Below, piece by piece: positions 1-10,536 of a DNA stretch of 64,000 bases; position 1 is the first letter of the stretch; the number at the start of each line of letters is the position of its first letter. Below the pieces are notes generated by a model. That model was not told the origin of the DNA, ran no database searches, and was given only the letters and a program-made list of their open reading frames with translations. The stretch lies in contig JBEKYR010000027.1 of the NCBI GenBank assembly GCA_049510745.1, positions 1 to 64,000 on the forward strand, written 5' to 3'. Source of the stretch: Verrucomicrobiota bacterium (GTDB taxonomy: Bacteria > Verrucomicrobiota > Verrucomicrobiia > Limisphaerales > Palsa-1400). The position numbers were made by a program, and so were the translations under genes.

Positions 1-810
1 GAACAACAAGGACTTGAGATTGTCCAGAATCTGCCCCCGCCCCGGACCGACCGTCTCTTCCGCCACGCCCAGGTCAGCTTCGACGTAGTTGCCCGTGTGG
101 CGCCCCATCATGACCAGCGCCGGGATCAGGGTTCCCAGAACCACACCGTGCCGGACCGGGATGGCGGTCCAGGGCGACAAAGCGACCGTCAGCAGCACGG
201 TCACCGGCAGAGGCAGGAAAAAACGCGCGGCCAGCCCGCCCCAGGCCGGCCAGTTCTCGCGCCGCAAAAGACAACTGAACACGTCGCACACGGCCACATT
301 GAGAATCAGAAGGGCGGCCATCCAGATCGAATACGACATCAGGTAGCTGATATGGCCCATGCAATAAACAAAGAGAAACAATCCGAAGTCGATCACGCCG
401 ATGGAAAACACCGTGCCCTCCTTCTCGCCTCCGCCCAGGCTGACCAGGAGCGGGATGGCCAAAAAAGCATAGACCGGGATGGAAACGATAAACATGCCGT
501 ACCATTGAATGGTCACGAAATGGAACATGAAAGGGATGGAAGCGTAGGCCGCGAGGATGGCAAGCCGGTCCTGCAGACGGATTTCGACCATGGAAAAGTA
601 CTCGCGCAGGGCCAAAAACGAAACGGTCCCGAGAATCCAGTTCCCCGCCCGGAAGGAGACGAATTCCGCCACCGCGAACGCCGCGAAAAAAGCCCAGGTG
701 AATCCCAGGTAGGAACCAAAAGGCCAGCGACGCCCCAAAAAGACCCGGGCGCCCTGGACCAGCGAAAGCCCCACAGCAATCGCCAAGACGGTGCTCACGC
801 GTGCTGGCAT
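1..810 (-). CDS. Phosphatidate cytidylyltransferase (CdsA/YnbB-like) family membrane protein, 3'-partial, with a degenerate signature
   Basis: Absent from the ORF track because it runs off the edge. Hand translation from ATG at 810 (GGAG RBS upstream) gives MPARVSTVLAIAVGLSL...FLALREYF...QWYGMFIVSIPVYAFLAIP...GNYVEADLGVAEETVGPGRGQILDNLKSLLF. It is multi-TM, and the WYGMF..IPVY block is YnbB-like. Confidence 0.7.
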   Translation of the reverse strand, partial: MPARVSTVLAIAVGLSLVQGARVFLGRRWPFGSYLGFTWAFFAAFAVAEFVSFRAGNWILGTVSFLALREYFSMVEIRLQDRLAILAAYASIPFMFHFVTIQWYGMFIVSIPVYAFLAIPLLVSLGGGEKEGTVFSIGVIDFGLFLFVYCMGHISYLMSYSIWMAALLILNVAVCDVFSCLLRRENWPAWGGLAARFFLPLPVTVLLTVALSPWTAIPVRHGVVLGTLIPALVMMGRHTGNYVEADLGVAEETVGPGRGQILDNLKSLLF

Positions 811-894
811 CTGCGCTCCAGTATCCCCGGTTTGCCGGAGCGGGCAATCCAAAACCGATGCCGGCAGGTCATGCCGGCCCGGCTTAAATCCTGT

Positions 895-1269
895 TCAGAG
901 AAGCGCCTTCACCAAAAAATATAAACCGAGCAAAATCCCCAAGCCGGGCGCGACCGCGCAACAAAGAATGAGCCACGACAAGGCGGTGCGCCCGAAGTTC
1001 ATCAAAAGGAGAGCCATCCACAGAAGGAGCAGGGCCAACCCCAGGCAGAGCAGAATGATCTTCACGCTGCACCAGGCCGCCGGCCATTCGCCCCAGTTCT
1101 GCCACGTCGAGTCCCGGGCCACCTGGTAGAAGGACCGGCTTTCGAACTGCCCGCCATGCGGCGTCAGAAAAACAACCGCCAGCAAAAGCAGGCCCACCCA
1201 GCACAAAAGTGCGGCGCGCCTCTGCGTTTGCTCCTGTTCTTGGATCATACCCTGCCTGGAACTGACCAA
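895..1269 (-). CDS. Small hypothetical membrane protein (about 3 TM)
   Basis: Three hydrophobic segments; co-oriented upstream of the CdsA-like gene; start uncertain. Confidence 0.55.
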   Translation of the reverse strand: MVSSRQGMIQEQEQTQRRAALLCWVGLLLLAVVFLTPHGGQFESRSFYQVARDSTWQNWGEWPAAWCSVKIILLCLGLALLLLWMALLLMNFGRTALSWLILCCAVAPGLGILLGLYFLVKALL

Positions 1270-1362
1270 ACATCAGGCCACAACCGAAAAATGTCAACTG
1301 GAAGCCGGGAAATTTTGCGGTTTGACGGAAGGCCAGCTTATGGCATACTGAAGCAAAATTAA

Positions 1363-1707
1363 ATGATTATGGATAAACCGAAAATCATCGCATATTTGAA
1401 ACCGACCTGCGGCTGGAGCCAGGGCGTGCGGGCCGTCCTCCGCAAATACGACCTGCCGTTTGAAGACCGGGACATCATCAACGACCCGGACCAGCGCCAG
1501 GAAATGATCGAAAAGAGCGGCCAGATGCTCAGCCCGTGCGTCGAAGTCAACGGCCGCATGCTGGCCGACATCAGCGGCGAGGAAGTCGAGGCGTATTTGC
1601 TGGCCAACAAACTGGTCAGGGTCAACGACCGCCAACCCGAGGCGCCCATCAACCAGCCGTGCGCCCACGAAATGCCGCAGAGCAGCCCGCTCGCGTTCCG
1701 CGGATAA
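1363..1707 (+). CDS. Glutaredoxin-family protein (monothiol CGWS)
   Basis: YLKPTCGWS active site, LSPCVEVNG cis-Pro motif, about 112 aa. Confidence 0.85.
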   Translation: MIMDKPKIIAYLKPTCGWSQGVRAVLRKYDLPFEDRDIINDPDQRQEMIEKSGQMLSPCVEVNGRMLADISGEEVEAYLLANKLVRVNDRQPEAPINQPCAHEMPQSSPLAFRG

Positions 1708-1714
1708 TCGCGGT

Positions 1715-3013
1715 TCACGGGGCGGATGCCGGAGACGGGGCCTTCTGAAAGAGCACGATCCGGTTGGTGTTGGTGCCCTTGGAATTATTATCGACACCCC
1801 AGCAGTTCGCCGTTTTGGTGAATTTCTGGTCGTTGATCACGATCAGCAACGGCACCAGCCCGGCGTCCAAACCGCAGCGGACGACGGTTTCCTCGAGTTT
1901 GACGGCGCCCCCGCGCACTTCGCCGACTTCAAAGGCGACGTGGCCGCCGGGCCGCAGGACCCGGCGCAACTCGGCGAACACGGCGGTCATTTCGGCCTGC
2001 CATTGCTCCAGTTCCTTGGGCACGGTCAAGCGGACCGATTTGGCGTCCAGGCCCAGAAACCAGCAGCGCAGCCAGTTGTCGCCGGCATAATCGACCACAT
2101 CGAGAAAGGGCGGGGAGGTCACCACCAGCGAAACGGAATCGGAGGCGATTTGCGGGGTGGCGCGAGCCGGTTCGTTCAGGAGCAGAGTTCCGTCCGCCAC
2201 GGAACGCAGAGCGCCCCGCACCGAGGCGTCGCAATCGCCGAGGAGAAAGCGGCTTTTCTTCAAGATCAGTTCCGGCACGTGGCGTCGGGGCGGCGTTTGT
2301 TGGCGGTCGGCGTTGATCTTGCGCTGGGATTTGATCGAAACGGCCTGGTTCGGGGGCAGGGTATAGACGGAAAAGAATCCCGGCGAATGGCCGGTCAGCC
2401 GGTTGAGGGCCACCAGGCAAATCCATTGGTCCACGGCATCCAATTGGCGGGAAAGCAGATATTTTTTCAAGGCGGCGATTTCGCGCAAAGTTTCGGGGTG
2501 ATAGAATACCAGCAAGTCCTGGGGAAATTCATCCGCGTCCTTGAAATCAATCCGCGCCAGGCGGGCGCGAACCTCCTCCAAGCCCGGCGGGCGCAAACGG
2601 GGGGCGATCAGCACCCGGCTCAACGGATTGACATCGCATCCGCAGGGAACGCGTCCCAGCAAAGCCGCCTCCAGCAGGGTGGTGCCGCGGCCCATGAACG
2701 GATCATAGACCACTTCCCCCGGGGCCGTCAGCCGTTCGATGAAAAAGCGGGGCAACTGCGGCTTGAAGCAGGCGCGATAGGAAATCTCGTGCAAATTGTT
2801 GGCCGCCCGCTGTTTGGCCGTCCAGAATTCATTGACAAACACCAGCGCATCGAAGACGCCGCCGCCGGCCAGCGCGATTTTGGCGGCGAGTTGGATGGTG
2901 GGTTTGCCGAATTGATGGAACGCGCCCAATTGCTCGCGCATCGAAACCCCGGCCGCGGGGTTGAGGGCCGGAGATGGAAGATCAAGCGGCAATTGTAGAT
3001 TCTCGGTTTGCAT
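1715..3013 (-). CDS. Orphan amino (N4-C/N6-A) DNA methyltransferase
   Basis: SAM-binding VYDPFMGRGTT and catalytic VVTSPPF; likely start MQTENL at 3013. Confidence 0.8.
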   Translation of the reverse strand: MQTENLQLPLDLPSPALNPAAGVSMREQLGAFHQFGKPTIQLAAKIALAGGGVFDALVFVNEFWTAKQRAANNLHEISYRACFKPQLPRFFIERLTAPGEVVYDPFMGRGTTLLEAALLGRVPCGCDVNPLSRVLIAPRLRPPGLEEVRARLARIDFKDADEFPQDLLVFYHPETLREIAALKKYLLSRQLDAVDQWICLVALNRLTGHSPGFFSVYTLPPNQAVSIKSQRKINADRQQTPPRRHVPELILKKSRFLLGDCDASVRGALRSVADGTLLLNEPARATPQIASDSVSLVVTSPPFLDVVDYAGDNWLRCWFLGLDAKSVRLTVPKELEQWQAEMTAVFAELRRVLRPGGHVAFEVGEVRGGAVKLEETVVRCGLDAGLVPLLIVINDQKFTKTANCWGVDNNSKGTNTNRIVLFQKAPSPASAP

Positions 3014-3115
3014 GACGGCGGCGATGGTTAAGGATCGCCGGCGCAAACGCAATCCCGCGCCGGCGTTTTTTCATTTTGTCTTGTAGCGGCCCAAAGGCTG
3101 TGATAGCTTTTTCAC

Positions 3116-3316
3116 ATGACCACCCTTGCTGAGATTGAGGCGGCGACTGATGCCTTGTCGGCAAGTGACAAACAACAATTGCTGTTGTATCTCGCCGCAC
3201 GCCTTCAGGCCCAAGGCGCGCCCTTGCCCGACGCGCTGGCGCCGTTGCGCGAGCCGAGGATCGATTGGATGGCGGAGGACGAAGCGGCCATGCGCCGATT
3301 CCATCCCAACGCCTGA
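3116..3316 (+). CDS. Small hypothetical protein, antitoxin-like
   Basis: MTTLAEIEAATDALSASDKQQLL resembles short helical addiction-module-type proteins; followed by a GC hairpin and T-run. Confidence 0.5.
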   Translation: MTTLAEIEAATDALSASDKQQLLLYLAARLQAQGAPLPDALAPLREPRIDWMAEDEAAMRRFHPNA

Positions 3317-3329
3317 GCGGGCTTCTTTT

Positions 3330-6257
3330 TTATGGAAGGGACTGGACAAGGCGATAAAAGCGTTGCGGATCGGCGGGGGCGGCATCCATGGCGGCGACCG
3401 TACCGTTGGCCGCCACAACCGGAGCGCCGGAGTTGATCCAAAGAGGGGCGGCCAGATTGGTGGCGTACTGCAACTGGCAGGAGAATCCCGGCATCGCGTT
3501 CCAAGTGAAGAGCATCGCGCCATTGGTGGCGGCGACGGACACAAACCCCGGCGGCACAATGGCGGTGACGCTCACATCGTCGAATCCGAAGGCGTCGGGG
3601 GCGTTCCGGAAGAAGAATTCAAGAGTCGTGGCGGCGCTGGAAGCGGCCACGACAAACTGCATGTTGGTCCAAAGGAATTTGGGCATGTTCTTTTGGTCAA
3701 AGAGGGTCGCGCCGTTCCAGGCGGCCTTGAATTCATTGGGATTCCCGCCCACCGGATTATCCAGAAAGAACGAAATGAGGTAACGCTGGCCCGCCGCGGT
3801 GGGCAAACTTTGCGAGATTGTGGCGAGGAAGGATGGCTCGCCGAAGATGGCCGCCGCGGCGCCGGTATGGACATAGCTCAGATACAAAGGAACGCTTCCC
3901 ACAAGGTTCGTCGGATAGCCATTGCCGGTGAAAGTCCAGTCGGAAAAATCGCCCGTCTCAAAACCGCCGTTGCCCACCGCCAGCGTGAAGGGGAGGGTTT
4001 GGGTGGCGCCTGTGGCCAAGTCGGCAAAGGAAATGCCCCCGCCGGCCGCGTTGATGAGCAGGTTGCTCGCGCCGGGCGCCAGCGTGGCCGCAACGGCGGC
4101 GACCTGCCCGGGCGCCAAGGTCCCGCCTCCGGGCGCAACGTTCAGAAAGGGCGACCCTGAATTGACCGTCCAGGTGAGCGGGGCGCCGGCGGCGTTGCTC
4201 AACGAAATCGTCTGCGAGGTCACGTTGAACGGCCCACCCACAGGCCCGCTGACAGCCATCCCCGACGCGGGCGTGAGGATCAACGGATCAGATACAGCCA
4301 GGAAAATGGGAACGGCATGAGCCACCCCGGCGGTGAGATTGCTCAACGGCAAATCGACCGCGTACCCGCCGACGGGCAGATTTGTCGCCCCCGGGCTGGT
4401 GGCCAGGGTCAGGCTGGCGGCGGAGGCGGGCGGAACGGAGCCACTGGCGGCGGAAAGCTGGAGCCAGGCGGGAGGGGGAACGAGGGACCAGTCGAGGGAG
4501 GCGGCGCCGGCGTTGGTCAATACTAATGTTTGCGGCCCGCCCGAAGCCGCGCATCCGTTGGTCAAGGCGAAGGAGATTCCGCCCGGCGGAAGAACGACCA
4601 GGCTGTCGGGCGGCGCCAGGGCGTTGAGCAGCGGCTGGCCGGCGGGCGTGCCCCAGCCGGAGCAAAGATCGAACCCCGCCACCGCGAAGAATTTGTTGGT
4701 GCCCACGTCATTGGTGTTGTTCCCCGTTGTGATGTCGTGGAAGCACAACGGGTAAAGGCCGCCCTGGCCGAGGCCGTAAACGGCGGGATTGAGAAATCCG
4801 ACCGGGGGCCGCCCGTTTTGGGCCGCCTGCTGATTGACCAGCGCCGTGAAGCCAGCCCACAAGGGCGCGGCGCAACTGGTTCCCCCGACCTGGTTGGTCT
4901 GGCCGTTGTCGGAAATCACGACGATGTTGTCGGCTGTCAACGCCACATCGGGCGCGTTGCGCCACACGGTCGAGCCTTGGTTGGACGACATATTGACGGT
5001 TTGTTGCCAGTAAGGGATGGGAAAGGTCGAGCTGATGCCGCCGCTTCCGGCGGCGGAGCCTTGGCGAGTGGTGAACCAGTTCCAAACCGTCTCCGCCTGC
5101 CAAACGCCGCCGGGACCCTTGGTCGTCAAAGTCGTGCCGCCGACCTCCGAAATGAAAGGGTCGGAGTCCAGCGGGGCCATCGTGGCGAAATAGGCGCCGG
5201 AGTCGCCGCAAGCGTTGAAAAACGATTGTCCCTGCGCCGCCATCTGCCGGAAAATCTGGTCCGATGTGCCGTCGATGGAAAAGGCCCAGGAACAACTGAT
5301 CTGATTGGCCAGATCATCCACCGCCATCTGGTTGAGCAAGTCATTGTTGACAGATGTGGGGCCGAAGGGGGCCTCGTACACCAGCACTTGCGACAAGCCG
5401 GGCGCCATCGAGAGCGCCAGGTCAATATCCACGGCGACCTCGGTATTGCCCGTTCCGGGCGGCCCGCCGAAACCATCGACGATGACATTGGTGATGGGCA
5501 CGGGCGGCAGCCCGGCCAGCGTTTCATAGGCCAGAATGTCGTTGGTGTAATAAGTGTCGAACTCCACCAGCGCGACGGACTGGCCGCTGCCATCCAGCGC
5601 GATCCCCGGGGCGTAGGCGGCGCGAAAATCACCGCCCATGAATTGCCCGCCCGGACCGGAGCCGGTGTGCGACTGCGGACCGCCGCCGCCGCGCCGAAGC
5701 CGCGGCCGGGGGAGAACGTAATTGTCCAGGCCGCTGACGTGCAGCAGCGGCACGCCCAAATCAATCGACGGCTCCGCGTCGGGCGCGTAGAACGACCGCG
5801 CCTCCGACGGATGCCGGTACAACTTCATATTGACATGGAAAACTTCGCGCAAGTCGGCGGTCGAAGCCGCGACATCCAGGAAGAGGCGGTTCGGGTGAGT
5901 GCGAAGGATTTGCAGGCGGCGCGCGCGGGCAAAGGCGATGAGCGCCCGGTAATCCTCCTCACTGGGACCGAACCGATCGGCGAATTCGTCCGGCTTGAGG
6001 AACTGGCGGAAGCGGGGGCTGGCCGGGTCATAGAGATCGCGCAGCAGGCTGTTGAGAGCGTCCTGGTGGCGCAGCGGCAAACCGATAGCCAGGCTGAGGC
6101 GATTGGTTTCCGGCAAGTCCCCAACCGGTTGCAGCCGCGCCACAGCGGCAGGCAGATGCCCCGGCAACACCTGCCGGCCCGCGGTCCGCGCCTGCACGGA
6201 AACCGCCAGGGCCAGCCAGATCGCCGCGCCAATCCATTTGGGGGACAAGAAAATCAT
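3330..6257 (-). CDS. Secreted S53 (sedolisin/kumamolisin) peptidase with pro-domain, BACON-like repeats, CBM-like domain and C-terminal FYRL domain
   Basis: Signal peptide; pro-kumamolisin region (LRDLYDPASPRFRQFL); EVAVD (ExxxD), GDSG, GGTSCAAP nucleophile; DITTGNN...GFDLCSGWGTP Ca site; NGGFETGDFSDW. Confidence 0.9.
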   Translation of the reverse strand: MIFLSPKWIGAAIWLALAVSVQARTAGRQVLPGHLPAAVARLQPVGDLPETNRLSLAIGLPLRHQDALNSLLRDLYDPASPRFRQFLKPDEFADRFGPSEEDYRALIAFARARRLQILRTHPNRLFLDVAASTADLREVFHVNMKLYRHPSEARSFYAPDAEPSIDLGVPLLHVSGLDNYVLPRPRLRRGGGGPQSHTGSGPGGQFMGGDFRAAYAPGIALDGSGQSVALVEFDTYYTNDILAYETLAGLPPVPITNVIVDGFGGPPGTGNTEVAVDIDLALSMAPGLSQVLVYEAPFGPTSVNNDLLNQMAVDDLANQISCSWAFSIDGTSDQIFRQMAAQGQSFFNACGDSGAYFATMAPLDSDPFISEVGGTTLTTKGPGGVWQAETVWNWFTTRQGSAAGSGGISSTFPIPYWQQTVNMSSNQGSTVWRNAPDVALTADNIVVISDNGQTNQVGGTSCAAPLWAGFTALVNQQAAQNGRPPVGFLNPAVYGLGQGGLYPLCFHDITTGNNTNDVGTNKFFAVAGFDLCSGWGTPAGQPLLNALAPPDSLVVLPPGGISFALTNGCAASGGPQTLVLTNAGAASLDWSLVPPPAWLQLSAASGSVPPASAASLTLATSPGATNLPVGGYAVDLPLSNLTAGVAHAVPIFLAVSDPLILTPASGMAVSGPVGGPFNVTSQTISLSNAAGAPLTWTVNSGSPFLNVAPGGGTLAPGQVAAVAATLAPGASNLLINAAGGGISFADLATGATQTLPFTLAVGNGGFETGDFSDWTFTGNGYPTNLVGSVPLYLSYVHTGAAAAIFGEPSFLATISQSLPTAAGQRYLISFFLDNPVGGNPNEFKAAWNGATLFDQKNMPKFLWTNMQFVVAASSAATTLEFFFRNAPDAFGFDDVSVTAIVPPGFVSVAATNGAMLFTWNAMPGFSCQLQYATNLAAPLWINSGAPVVAANGTVAAMDAAPADPQRFYRLVQSLP

Positions 6258-6451
6258 TTGTGGACTCTATCACGCCAGCGATGGCCGCGCCAACCCGTCT
6301 GAGAATGTTCCACAGCGGAGTGTGGATGGCAGGGGGAAGGGGGATCAGCGAGTGAGTGGGAAAATGAAGGCGGATGAACCGAGGGCCGAGCGTGCGGGCC
6401 ACAGATGGACACAGATTTACAGATAGGTGACGCATTGGCTCTAGTGATGTC

Positions 6452-7198
6452 TTATCGTGCGGTTGCCGCAGTTCCGCTTCCGGGGACGGCGGATTGGTAC
6501 GCGGAACGGCTTGGCCACCAAGCCCTAATTTGGCACTTAAATGTCGATTCAGTAAAATGATTCCCTTTCAAATCCGTAAGAAACCAGCGCGGTTGCGCTA
6601 ATCCGTTTGTAGTGGAACCACGAACCACGTTCACGAGCTTCGAGCCGGTGGCGTTGTATATGTCAATTTCATAATCTGCCGGACCCGGACCGTTGGTCAA
6701 AGAAGGCCAGATTAAGAACCGAAATTGAGCCACCGTCTCGCTAAATATCCCATCGAAATGATATTGAACGAGATTTCCCTTGGCATCGTAAATGTCGGAA
6801 AACGATATCGGATTATAAACCATGACGTGAAGCGGCGGACTGGGAAAATTGTTGCGCACCTCCGGTGGATTCATTTGCTGGAAATCGGCATAGCACCGCA
6901 ATTCCACAGGCCCATTTGGCAGCAACGTCGTGTCCACGTCGAACGTATAAATCCCGGCAAGCCGGTTAAAGGTGGCATCGGTGTCAACAGGATGCCCATT
7001 GGCAGAAAGTGAAGGAATATCCGGGTCAACTTTGGGTCTGATTTTAACTTTGATTGGCACGGTTCCGGACAAGCAACCTTTGAACTGTGAAATAAACTGA
7101 ATTGAGGGGTTTAGTCCGCCGTGATCTGAAGGCTTAAGCTCACAACCGTTGAGAAGGCAACATAGCGAGATGAGAAACAAACTCGGATACCGCCTCAT
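6452..7198 (-). CDS. Hypothetical lipoprotein (Ig-like)
   Basis: Lipobox LLNGC; beta-rich; AT-richer than neighbours. Confidence 0.6.
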   Translation of the reverse strand: MRRYPSLFLISLCCLLNGCELKPSDHGGLNPSIQFISQFKGCLSGTVPIKVKIRPKVDPDIPSLSANGHPVDTDATFNRLAGIYTFDVDTTLLPNGPVELRCYADFQQMNPPEVRNNFPSPPLHVMVYNPISFSDIYDAKGNLVQYHFDGIFSETVAQFRFLIWPSLTNGPGPADYEIDIYNATGSKLVNVVRGSTTNGLAQPRWFLTDLKGNHFTESTFKCQIRAWWPSRSAYQSAVPGSGTAATAR

Positions 7199-7249
7199 AC
7201 TGGGGCATTTGCAGGAATTTGAGGGGGTTGTTTCACTTTCGCTTCGACC

Positions 7250-7831
7250 CTATTCCCAGTCCCATTCCTTGAACAGGTCGGCGACGGGGTAGAGGAAGCC
7301 GGGGAGAAGGTCTTCGCCTTCCAAAAAGCCGCCGGCGCCGATGACGCGGCGTTGCGTGAGGGAGCGGCAAATCTCCACGCGCTGGGACTCGGGATCAATA
7401 ACCCAGGCCAGCCGCGTGCCACTGTCAAAAAAATCCGTGAGACGCTCGTCGATTTCGCGGCGGGTGTTGTTGGGAGAAAGCACCTCCACGGCCAGGTCCG
7501 GGGCGCCCGGAAAAAACGACCGGGTCGAACGCTTGAACCCCATCGCCTGAAGACGCGGCCGGGCGATAAAGGAAATGTCCGGCGCGCGGCAATTGCGGTT
7601 CTTCATCCAGAAACCAGTGCTGGAGTCCAGGACGCTTCCCAGGCGGCCGGCTTTGACAAACGCCCGCAGGGCCGACAGAAGTTCCGAGCAGATGTCGCCG
7701 TGGAAGAAATCGTTTTTGGGGCTCATAACCAATTCGCCGTTGACCAATTCGTGACCATAGCCGTCTTCGGGCAAAGCGCGCAACTCGGCCTCCGTCCAAA
7801 CTTTTTTCGGCATTTCGACCACGGAACTCAT
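7250..7831 (-). CDS. Uma2-family (DUF820) PD-(D/E)xK endonuclease-like protein
   Basis: ELVNGELVMSP, RAPDISF, APDLAVEVLSP, RLAWVIDP, LLPGF motifs. Confidence 0.92.
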   Translation of the reverse strand: MSSVVEMPKKVWTEAELRALPEDGYGHELVNGELVMSPKNDFFHGDICSELLSALRAFVKAGRLGSVLDSSTGFWMKNRNCRAPDISFIARPRLQAMGFKRSTRSFFPGAPDLAVEVLSPNNTRREIDERLTDFFDSGTRLAWVIDPESQRVEICRSLTQRRVIGAGGFLEGEDLLPGFLYPVADLFKEWDWE

Positions 7832-7930
7832 GCAATCAGGTTACGCTTCCGTGGCGCACAAGGCGAGGTTAAAAATCGTTGCCAAACGGGCGGGGCGGGA
7901 CTTAGCATTGGCCTGCGTCAATACCGATCC

Positions 7931-8689
7931 ATGGCCGAATACAAAGTCCAATTCGAGGTGTTTGAGGGTCCGCTGGATTTGCTCCTTTATTTGATCAAAA
8001 AGGAGGAGGTCGATATTTATGAGGTCAACCTCACGCGCCTGGCCACCCAGTTCATCGAATATGTCGAGGTCATGCGGCTGCTGGACCTGGAGATCGCGGG
8101 CGAGTTCCTCGTCATGGCCTCGACCCTGATGTACATCAAAAGCCGCGAATTGCTGCCCCGGGAACAGCAGGCGCTGCCGGCCGAGGAGGACGAGGGGGAA
8201 GACCCGCGCTGGGAATTGATCCGGCAGTTGGTCGCCTACAAGAAATTCAAGGACGCCGCCGCGCTCTTGCAGGCGCGCGAGGCCGAGCAGGAGAACAGCT
8301 TTCCGCGCCTGCCGGTCTGGCCGGAAACGGCGGCGCCCGCCGCGCGCCGGCAGGAAGCGTCGCTCTTTGATCTGGTCAACGCCGTCTCCGCCGTGCTCAA
8401 ACGGCTGGGGCAACGGGAGGATTTGCGGGATATTTTCGAGGACAAATGGACGGTAAGCGAAAAGATCGAGTTTCTGCTCAAATTGACGGCGGAAAGGGCG
8501 GCGGTGAAGTTTGCCGAATTGTTCGGCGACGCCGCCAGCCGGGCGGAAATCGTCTGCACGTTTCTGGCCTTGCTGGAGTTGATCCGGCTCAAGCAACTGA
8601 TCTGTGTGCAGGGGGAGGATTTTGGAGAAATTGAAATCATGCGCGCGCCGGGAGTCTCCGCGCCGCAAAACCAACCGGCGCCGAATTAA
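7931..8689 (+). CDS. scpA: Segregation and condensation protein A
   Basis: FEGPLDLLLYLI, AGEFLVMASTL, VCTFLALLELIR; true start ATG 7931. Confidence 0.95.
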   Translation: MAEYKVQFEVFEGPLDLLLYLIKKEEVDIYEVNLTRLATQFIEYVEVMRLLDLEIAGEFLVMASTLMYIKSRELLPREQQALPAEEDEGEDPRWELIRQLVAYKKFKDAAALLQAREAEQENSFPRLPVWPETAAPAARRQEASLFDLVNAVSAVLKRLGQREDLRDIFEDKWTVSEKIEFLLKLTAERAAVKFAELFGDAASRAEIVCTFLALLELIRLKQLICVQGEDFGEIEIMRAPGVSAPQNQPAPN

Positions 8690-8725
8690 AACATCTTTCA
8701 GCCGGCGGCGTCCGGCCTTGTCGAA

Positions 8726-9454
8726 ATGGAACTGAAACTGATATTGGAAGCGATCTTATTCTCGGCGCAAAAGCCGCTGAACCCCAAGGAACTGCGCGAG
8801 CTGCTGGCCGCCGCCGCCGAACACGGCGAGGAGGCCAAGCCGTTCAGGAAAACCAAGGAAAACGAGATCGGCGCCGCTTTGGAACAATTGCAGAGCGAGC
8901 ATCAGGCCGCCGGGCGCAGTTACCGCCTGGCCTGCATCGCGGGCGGCTGGCAATTTGTCAGCCAGCCGGAATTTGCGCCGTGGATCGTGGCGCTGGTCGG
9001 GTCCAAAGCGCGTCCGCCGCGGCTGTCGCAGCCGGCGCTGGAAACGTTGGCCATCATCGCTTACCGCCAGCCGCTGACCCGCGCGGAAATCGAGCAAGTC
9101 CGCGGCGTGACGGTCGATGGGGTCATGCAAACGCTGCTGGAGCGCGGGTTGGTGGAACAGATCGGGCGCGCGGAAGTGGTGGGCCGCCCGATGACCTACG
9201 GCACGACGGCGCTGTTCCTGGAATACTTTGGATTGCGCAGCCTGGAGGATTTGCCCGCGGCGGACGAATTGCGCCGCATCCCGGTGACGCGGCCCGAGGG
9301 GTTGCTGACGGCGGACCCCGGCCTGGCCACCGTGCCGCCGGAGCAACTGGCGCTGGCCGAAGTGGAATCGCCGGGGGGCGGGCCGCCGGCGAGCGCGCCC
9401 GGCCCGGCCCTAACGGAAGCTCCGCCTCCCACCGACGCGAATGAACATTCTTAA
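8726..9454 (+). CDS. scpB: Segregation and condensation protein B
   Basis: [48 protein letters not shown]. Confidence 0.95.
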   Translation: MELKLILEAILFSAQKPLNPKELRELLAAAAEHGEEAKPFRKTKENEIGAALEQLQSEHQAAGRSYRLACIAGGWQFVSQPEFAPWIVALVGSKARPPRLSQPALETLAIIAYRQPLTRAEIEQVRGVTVDGVMQTLLERGLVEQIGRAEVVGRPMTYGTTALFLEYFGLRSLEDLPAADELRRIPVTRPEGLLTADPGLATVPPEQLALAEVESPGGGPPASAPGPALTEAPPPTDANEHS

Positions 9455-10529
9455 GCATCGCAAAGCGATCGATCACCTGGACGCGCAAATCGTCAAGCTG
9501 CTCAACGAGCGGACGCGGCACGTCCTGGAAATCGGGCAGCTCAAGCTCAAGGCGGGGGAGGCCATCTACGCGCCGCATCGGGAGCGGATGGTTTTGCAGC
9601 GGCTTCGCAAACTCAACCAGGGGCCGATCAAGGAGGAGTCGCTGCGGGCCATTTACCGCGAAATCATGTCCAGCGCGTTGTCGCTGGAGAAGTCGATGAC
9701 GATAGCCTACCTGGGGCCGGAAGCGACGTTCACCCATCAGGCCGCGGTGCAAAAATTCGGCTCCAGCCTCCGCTACACGGCGCAAAAGACCATCGCCGAC
9801 ATCTTCACCGAAGTGAGCAAGAACCGGGCGGATTACGGCGTGGTGCCGGTGGAGAATTCGACGGAGGGGGTGGTGACGCACACGCTGGACATGTTTGTTG
9901 ACAGCAATCTGCAGATTGTGGCGCAAATCGTTCTGCCCATCCAGTATTGCCTGGCGGGGGAGGCCACGCTGCCGGAGGTGAGGCGGCTTTACGCGCATCC
10001 GCAAGCCCTGGGCCAATGCCGCCTCTGGGTGCAACGCAATTTGCCCAAGGCGGAAATCCTCGAAGCGTCCTCCAACGCCCGCGCGGCCGAATTGGCGGGC
10101 GGGGCGGATGCGGCCCGCGAAACGGGGTTGAAGGGCAAGGTGGCGGCCATCACCGGCTTGCTGGCGGCGGAGAAATACGATCTGAAAATCATCGAGCGCG
10201 ACATTCAGGATTTCACCGACAACGCCACCCGATTCCTGGTCCTTGGCCATCAATGCGGACCGGCCACGGGCCGGGACCGGACCAGCGTGATGTTCAGCAT
10301 CGCCGACCGGGTCGGGGCGCTCTACCACGCCCTGGCGCCGTTCCGGCGTTACAAATTGAACATGACCAAAATCGAGTCCCGTCCCAGCAAGCGCAAGGCC
10401 TGGGAGTATTTCTTTTTCGTCGATTGCGACGGCCATACCACCGACCCCAAAGTCGCCAAGGCGGTCACTCACCTGGCCGAGGTCTGCAACTTCGTCAAAG
10501 TGCTCGGTTCCTATCCCGACAGCGATTGA
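9441..10529 (+). CDS. pheA: Bifunctional chorismate mutase/prephenate dehydratase (P-protein)
   Basis: N-terminal CM2 ([18 protein letters not shown]), [28 protein letters not shown] domain MTKIESRPS. Confidence 0.95.
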   Translation: MNILKHRKAIDHLDAQIVKLLNERTRHVLEIGQLKLKAGEAIYAPHRERMVLQRLRKLNQGPIKEESLRAIYREIMSSALSLEKSMTIAYLGPEATFTHQAAVQKFGSSLRYTAQKTIADIFTEVSKNRADYGVVPVENSTEGVVTHTLDMFVDSNLQIVAQIVLPIQYCLAGEATLPEVRRLYAHPQALGQCRLWVQRNLPKAEILEASSNARAAELAGGADAARETGLKGKVAAITGLLAAEKYDLKIIERDIQDFTDNATRFLVLGHQCGPATGRDRTSVMFSIADRVGALYHALAPFRRYKLNMTKIESRPSKRKAWEYFFFVDCDGHTTDPKVAKAVTHLAEVCNFVKVLGSYPDSD

Positions 10530-10536
10530 TCCGGTC

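Noticed and set aside
74..924. Track ORFs 74-847 and 97-924
   Set aside because: Alternate frames of the edge-truncated CdsA-like gene at 1-810.
7352..7930. N-terminal extension of ScpA
   Set aside because: It is antisense to the Uma2 gene; ScpA similarity begins at 7931.
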